64,000 bases of DNA from NCBI GenBank assembly GCA_045606105.1, contig JAZURI010000011.1, positions 70,836-134,835 of the forward strand, in the 5' to 3' direction. The position numbers were made by a program, and so were the translations under genes. Positions 61,496 through 64,000 of this stretch are shown piece after piece; positions within the stretch are counted from its first letter, which is position 1, and every line of letters starts with the position of its first letter. The stretch comes from Spirochaetia bacterium (lineage in GTDB: Bacteria; Spirochaetota; Spirochaetia; CADAEX01). Under the pieces are notes generated by a model that was given only the letters and a program-made list of their open reading frames with translations, ran no database searches and was not told the origin of the DNA.

Positions 61496-62492
61496 TATCT
61501 AGAACCTCCTTAATTCTTTCCGCAATTGCAGTAATTACACTAACGGTGACACTGTTTCCAAATTGTTTGTACAGGTGAGTATCTGCAAGAGGAAGAACAA
61601 AACTGTCAGGAAACCCCTGCAGTCTAGCCCATTCCCTCGGAGTCATTTTTCTGATTCCCTCTTTATTAATATTACCTTTTATATGAGTTACGGGAACAAG
61701 ATCCTTCTGTCTTTTGTCTATAACAAGATTTCTCTCTCTTCCCATACCACCGCAAACAATAGCCCCTGCTATATCACTCCAATCACGAATTTCAAATCCG
61801 AATCCATTACCTTTTGATTCGTGTCTTGCTTTGTGTCTGCGTAATGTTTCTACATACACTTCACTTAGATAATACTTCGCAGAAACAGCTTTTGCTTCTT
61901 TAATATCCCATAAACATTTAGAATTATCTGTTTTTTCAGGAAAAATAAAATTTTCCGGGGCAATATCAGCTCTGAATGCGACAATATAAATTCGTTCTCT
62001 GTTTTGAGGTACACCGAAATTTTTACTGTTTAGTACTTTATAAAAAACCTTATATCCCAAAGATTCAAAAGTATCATGTATAATTTTGAAAGTTCTTCCT
62101 TTATCATGAATGTATAAACCTTTAACATTTTCACAAAAAATTACCTTTGGCTTGTGGTAATCACAAATTCTTGCAACATCAAGAAAAAGATTCCCGCGAC
62201 ACATACCTTTGTAATTGTCTTCAAACCCCATACGTTGTCCTGCAAGACTGAATGCCTGACAAGGAAAACCGGCAAGACAAATATCAAATTCAGGAATATC
62301 TTTTTCTTCTATTTTGGTAATATCTCCCGCAATTTCAAATTCATCATTAAAGTTTGCTTTGTATGTTTTTTTTGCATTCTCATCCCATTCGCTGACAAAG
62401 ACCGTACTTATTTCATCCTTAAACGCACCGTCAAATCCCAAGCGAATTCCACCGATTCCCGCAAAAAGATCAATTGATTTATACTGATTCAT
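61473..62492 (-). CDS. DNA (cytosine-5)-methyltransferase
   Basis: Motif I DLFAGIGG, motif IV GFPCQAFS, motif VI ENVKGL, motif VIII QNRERIY, motif X FGNSV. Confidence 0.9.
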   Translation of the reverse strand: MNQYKSIDLFAGIGGIRLGFDGAFKDEISTVFVSEWDENAKKTYKANFNDEFEIAGDITKIEEKDIPEFDICLAGFPCQAFSLAGQRMGFEDNYKGMCRGNLFLDVARICDYHKPKVIFCENVKGLYIHDKGRTFKIIHDTFESLGYKVFYKVLNSKNFGVPQNRERIYIVAFRADIAPENFIFPEKTDNSKCLWDIKEAKAVSAKYYLSEVYVETLRRHKARHESKGNGFGFEIRDWSDIAGAIVCGGMGRERNLVIDKRQKDLVPVTHIKGNINKEGIRKMTPREWARLQGFPDSFVLPLADTHLYKQFGNSVTVSVITAIAERIKEVLDNAKTFRL

Positions 62493-62949
62493 TTGCTTTT
62501 ACCGCCATTTCAACTTTATCCGCACAAATGCTGATATTGTTTTTTATTTCTTTCCCCCAGAATCTAATAACCTGCCAACCTTCAGATTCCAGTTTTGATG
62601 TTACTTCAAAATCTCTTTTAATATTTCTTTCTATTTTAGGAATCCAAAAATCCTGATTTGATTTAAAATCATTTTTTCTGTTATCCCAATCATATCCATG
62701 CCAAAACTCACTATCGACAAAAACTGCTATTTTTTTTCTTAAAAAAACAATATCAGGCTTACCATATATTTTTCCGACATTTTTTCTATATCTAAGTCCC
62801 CTATTCCAGAGTTCTTTTCTTAATTTTAACTCTATTTCGGAATCTTTATTTTTCACCTGTTTCATATTAAAGTGAATTTGTTCTTTTGTTTTAGTCATTC
62901 TTTTTATCCGGAAATAACTTTCCAATTTAAAATTTATCATGAATTTCAT
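62479..62949 (-). CDS. vsr: very-short-patch-repair endonuclease
   Basis: Vsr signature (IVFLRKKIAVFVDSEFWHGY…WIPKIERNIKRD…GWQVIRFW); 14-nt overlap with the MTase gene. Confidence 0.85.
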   Translation of the reverse strand: MKFMINFKLESYFRIKRMTKTKEQIHFNMKQVKNKDSEIELKLRKELWNRGLRYRKNVGKIYGKPDIVFLRKKIAVFVDSEFWHGYDWDNRKNDFKSNQDFWIPKIERNIKRDFEVTSKLESEGWQVIRFWGKEIKNNISICADKVEMAVKANESV

Positions 62950-63024
62950 GAATTATAAACCACTTTCTATATCTTTTTTACCACATCCCATATCTCATGC
63001 AATGACACACTTCTAAAAATAAAT

Positions 63025-63059
63025 AAAAAAGACAGCCGAAGCTGTCCTTTTACCAATAT
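63025..63059 (-). terminator. intrinsic terminator hairpin, copy A
   Basis: On the minus strand GACAGCTTCGGCTGTC followed by TTTTTT; 35 bp identical to copy B. Confidence 0.5.
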
Positions 63060-63207
63060 CATTACAGACCTATGTTAAAATTTTCCCAATTTTTCAACAT
63101 AGATATTTTTTTCAAATTTTTGTCCACGTTATTTTTTCATTGACAAATTTTACCTTTTTCTGTCCATGTTATTCTAAGAAAAATCCTACTCCGTACACAC
63201 CGGCAAA

Positions 63208-63242
63208 AAAAAAGACAGCCGAAGCTGTCCTTTTACCAATAT
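63208..63242 (-). terminator. intrinsic terminator hairpin, copy B (downstream of the CoiA-like gene)
   Basis: Identical 35-bp element AAAAAAGACAGCCGAAGCTGTCCTTTTACCAATAT; on the minus strand a hairpin plus T-run immediately after the stop at 63254. Confidence 0.55.
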
Positions 63243-63253
63243 TTCACTTCCCA

Positions 63254-64000
63254 TCACCCTTTTCTTCTGCGGCGGGCGGGTTTTCTTTTTGCAGGTTTCT
63301 TGATTGCAGGGTTGTTTCTGCAGGATGGGCACACTTTTTCAAAGCTGTCCACTGTTATGCCGAACACGGAGATTCCTCCGGTATATCTGCTTCTGAAGCT
63401 TCTGCCGCAAAGGGCACATTCGGTGTCGGTTTCTCCCTCTTCCTTTTCCATGAGTCTGCAGCTGCTGTCCAGGCAGTAATCCACGCTGTACGGTTTTTCC
63501 AGTTTCTCTTCCACCCGGTCCAGATCCTTCAGATCCCAGAGCTTTATCTGTATGCAGGTTTCCTTGCTGTGTGGTCTGAAAAACAGTGCCTGCTCCTCCG
63601 GGGCATCGGTACAGATAATCTCTATTACCCCTATCCTGTTCCTGTTTATATCAAACAGTTCCACGGTTTCTGTCAGTTCCTTCACCGACGCCACCCGGTT
63701 CATCAGGTTCTTAGGGCCCCATTTGGCGCCGCATTCACGGCATTCCCAGCTTACTCCCAGCTCTCCCTTTTCCTTTATCCTGCTGTTCAGAAGGGCAGTA
63801 AGGCGTTTCTTGAACTCGCTGTGAAGAAAGGTTTCGCTTCCGCCGGCACAGCCGGTATCCTTCTTGTGGGCAAAATGCTTCTGTCTTTCGGGGCCTTCCC
63901 TGAGTATGAATTCCTGTCCGCATTCTACGCAACGGTAGTTTTTCCCCTTAAGGGCTTCTGAGATGGATACGATTTTTCCCTCGGAATTGAGGGCGTGCTG
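63254..64000 (-). CDS. CoiA-like zinc-ribbon protein (5' end outside the window)
   Basis: The reading frame stays open upstream of the ORF-track Met to the window edge; upstream part encodes YRCVECGQEFILREGPERQKHFAH (the C-x2-C…HFAH pattern of the CoiA family). Additional CxxC pairs follow, and the C-terminus is a basic tail. Confidence 0.5.
   Translation of the reverse strand, partial: QHALNSEGKIVSISEALKGKNYRCVECGQEFILREGPERQKHFAHKKDTGCAGGSETFLHSEFKKRLTALLNSRIKEKGELGVSWECRECGAKWGPKNLMNRVASVKELTETVELFDINRNRIGVIEIICTDAPEEQALFFRPHSKETCIQIKLWDLKDLDRVEEKLEKPYSVDYCLDSSCRLMEKEEGETDTECALCGRSFRSRYTGGISVFGITVDSFEKVCPSCRNNPAIKKPAKRKPARRRRKG

Larger units (their letters stand above)
59598..63250. other. 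AT-rich accessory/defence island (HNH endonuclease plus an R-M-Vsr operon)
   Basis: Abrupt drop in G+C (by eye about 30% versus about 50% in the flanks) beginning right after the GNAT stop and ending at the duplicated terminator hairpins at 63025-63242. Confidence 0.6.

Noticed and set aside
63140-63175. TTGACA hexamer (63140-63145) as a promoter within the inter-terminator segment
   Set aside because: No acceptable -10 element at 16-19 bp spacing; the only extended -10-like TGTTATTCT is 24 nt away.
63140-63961. 273-aa plus-strand ORF overlapping the CoiA-like gene
   Set aside because: Antisense shadow of the minus-strand gene. It has Ala/Phe-rich low-complexity translation and spans the terminator repeats.
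1-64000. CRISPR arrays, rRNA genes, IS elements and transposases
   Set aside because: No regularly spaced short repeats, no rRNA-like conserved stretches, and no transposase or integrase motifs (DDE, tyrosine recombinase R-H-R-Y) were seen in any ORF of the window.

Overview
The sequence looks like a chromosomal stretch from an anaerobic bacterium, possibly a spirochaete (Treponema-like), but this is inference from gene content only. It is mostly about 45-50% G+C and densely coded on both strands with housekeeping genes. The best-supported genes are trxB, rsuA, cysE, gpmI, rsmA, uvrB, ftsY, prfB, def-fmt, ftsK, dapL, glyA, desulfoferrodoxin and rubrerythrin. There is a Lol-like ABC transporter, and a TPP-riboswitch-controlled thiamine salvage operon (thiM-thiE-HAD-thiD-cytX-like-TPK). 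Several lipoproteins and surface proteins flank a tRNA-Pro(CGG). Two strongly AT-rich accessory segments stand out. The first (about 42.58-43.95 kb) is a single sulfotransferase-like gene bounded by a perfect 60-bp direct repeat that duplicates the 3' end of the adjacent MFS transporter gene. The second (about 59.6-63.25 kb) is a defence island: vsr, a C5-cytosine methyltransferase, a candidate restriction endonuclease, and a convergent HNH endonuclease. It is bounded by a duplicated terminator hairpin and followed by a 5'-truncated CoiA-like zinc-ribbon gene. Also visible in the sequence: the programmed +1 frameshift in prfB (CTT TGA C with an internal Shine-Dalgarno), a second deformylase paralog with a non-canonical motif I, and a Fic-family protein preceded by a nested palindrome. 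No CRISPR array, rRNA or obvious transposase was found. All identifications come from motifs read in the supplied translations and sequence; no database search was possible.
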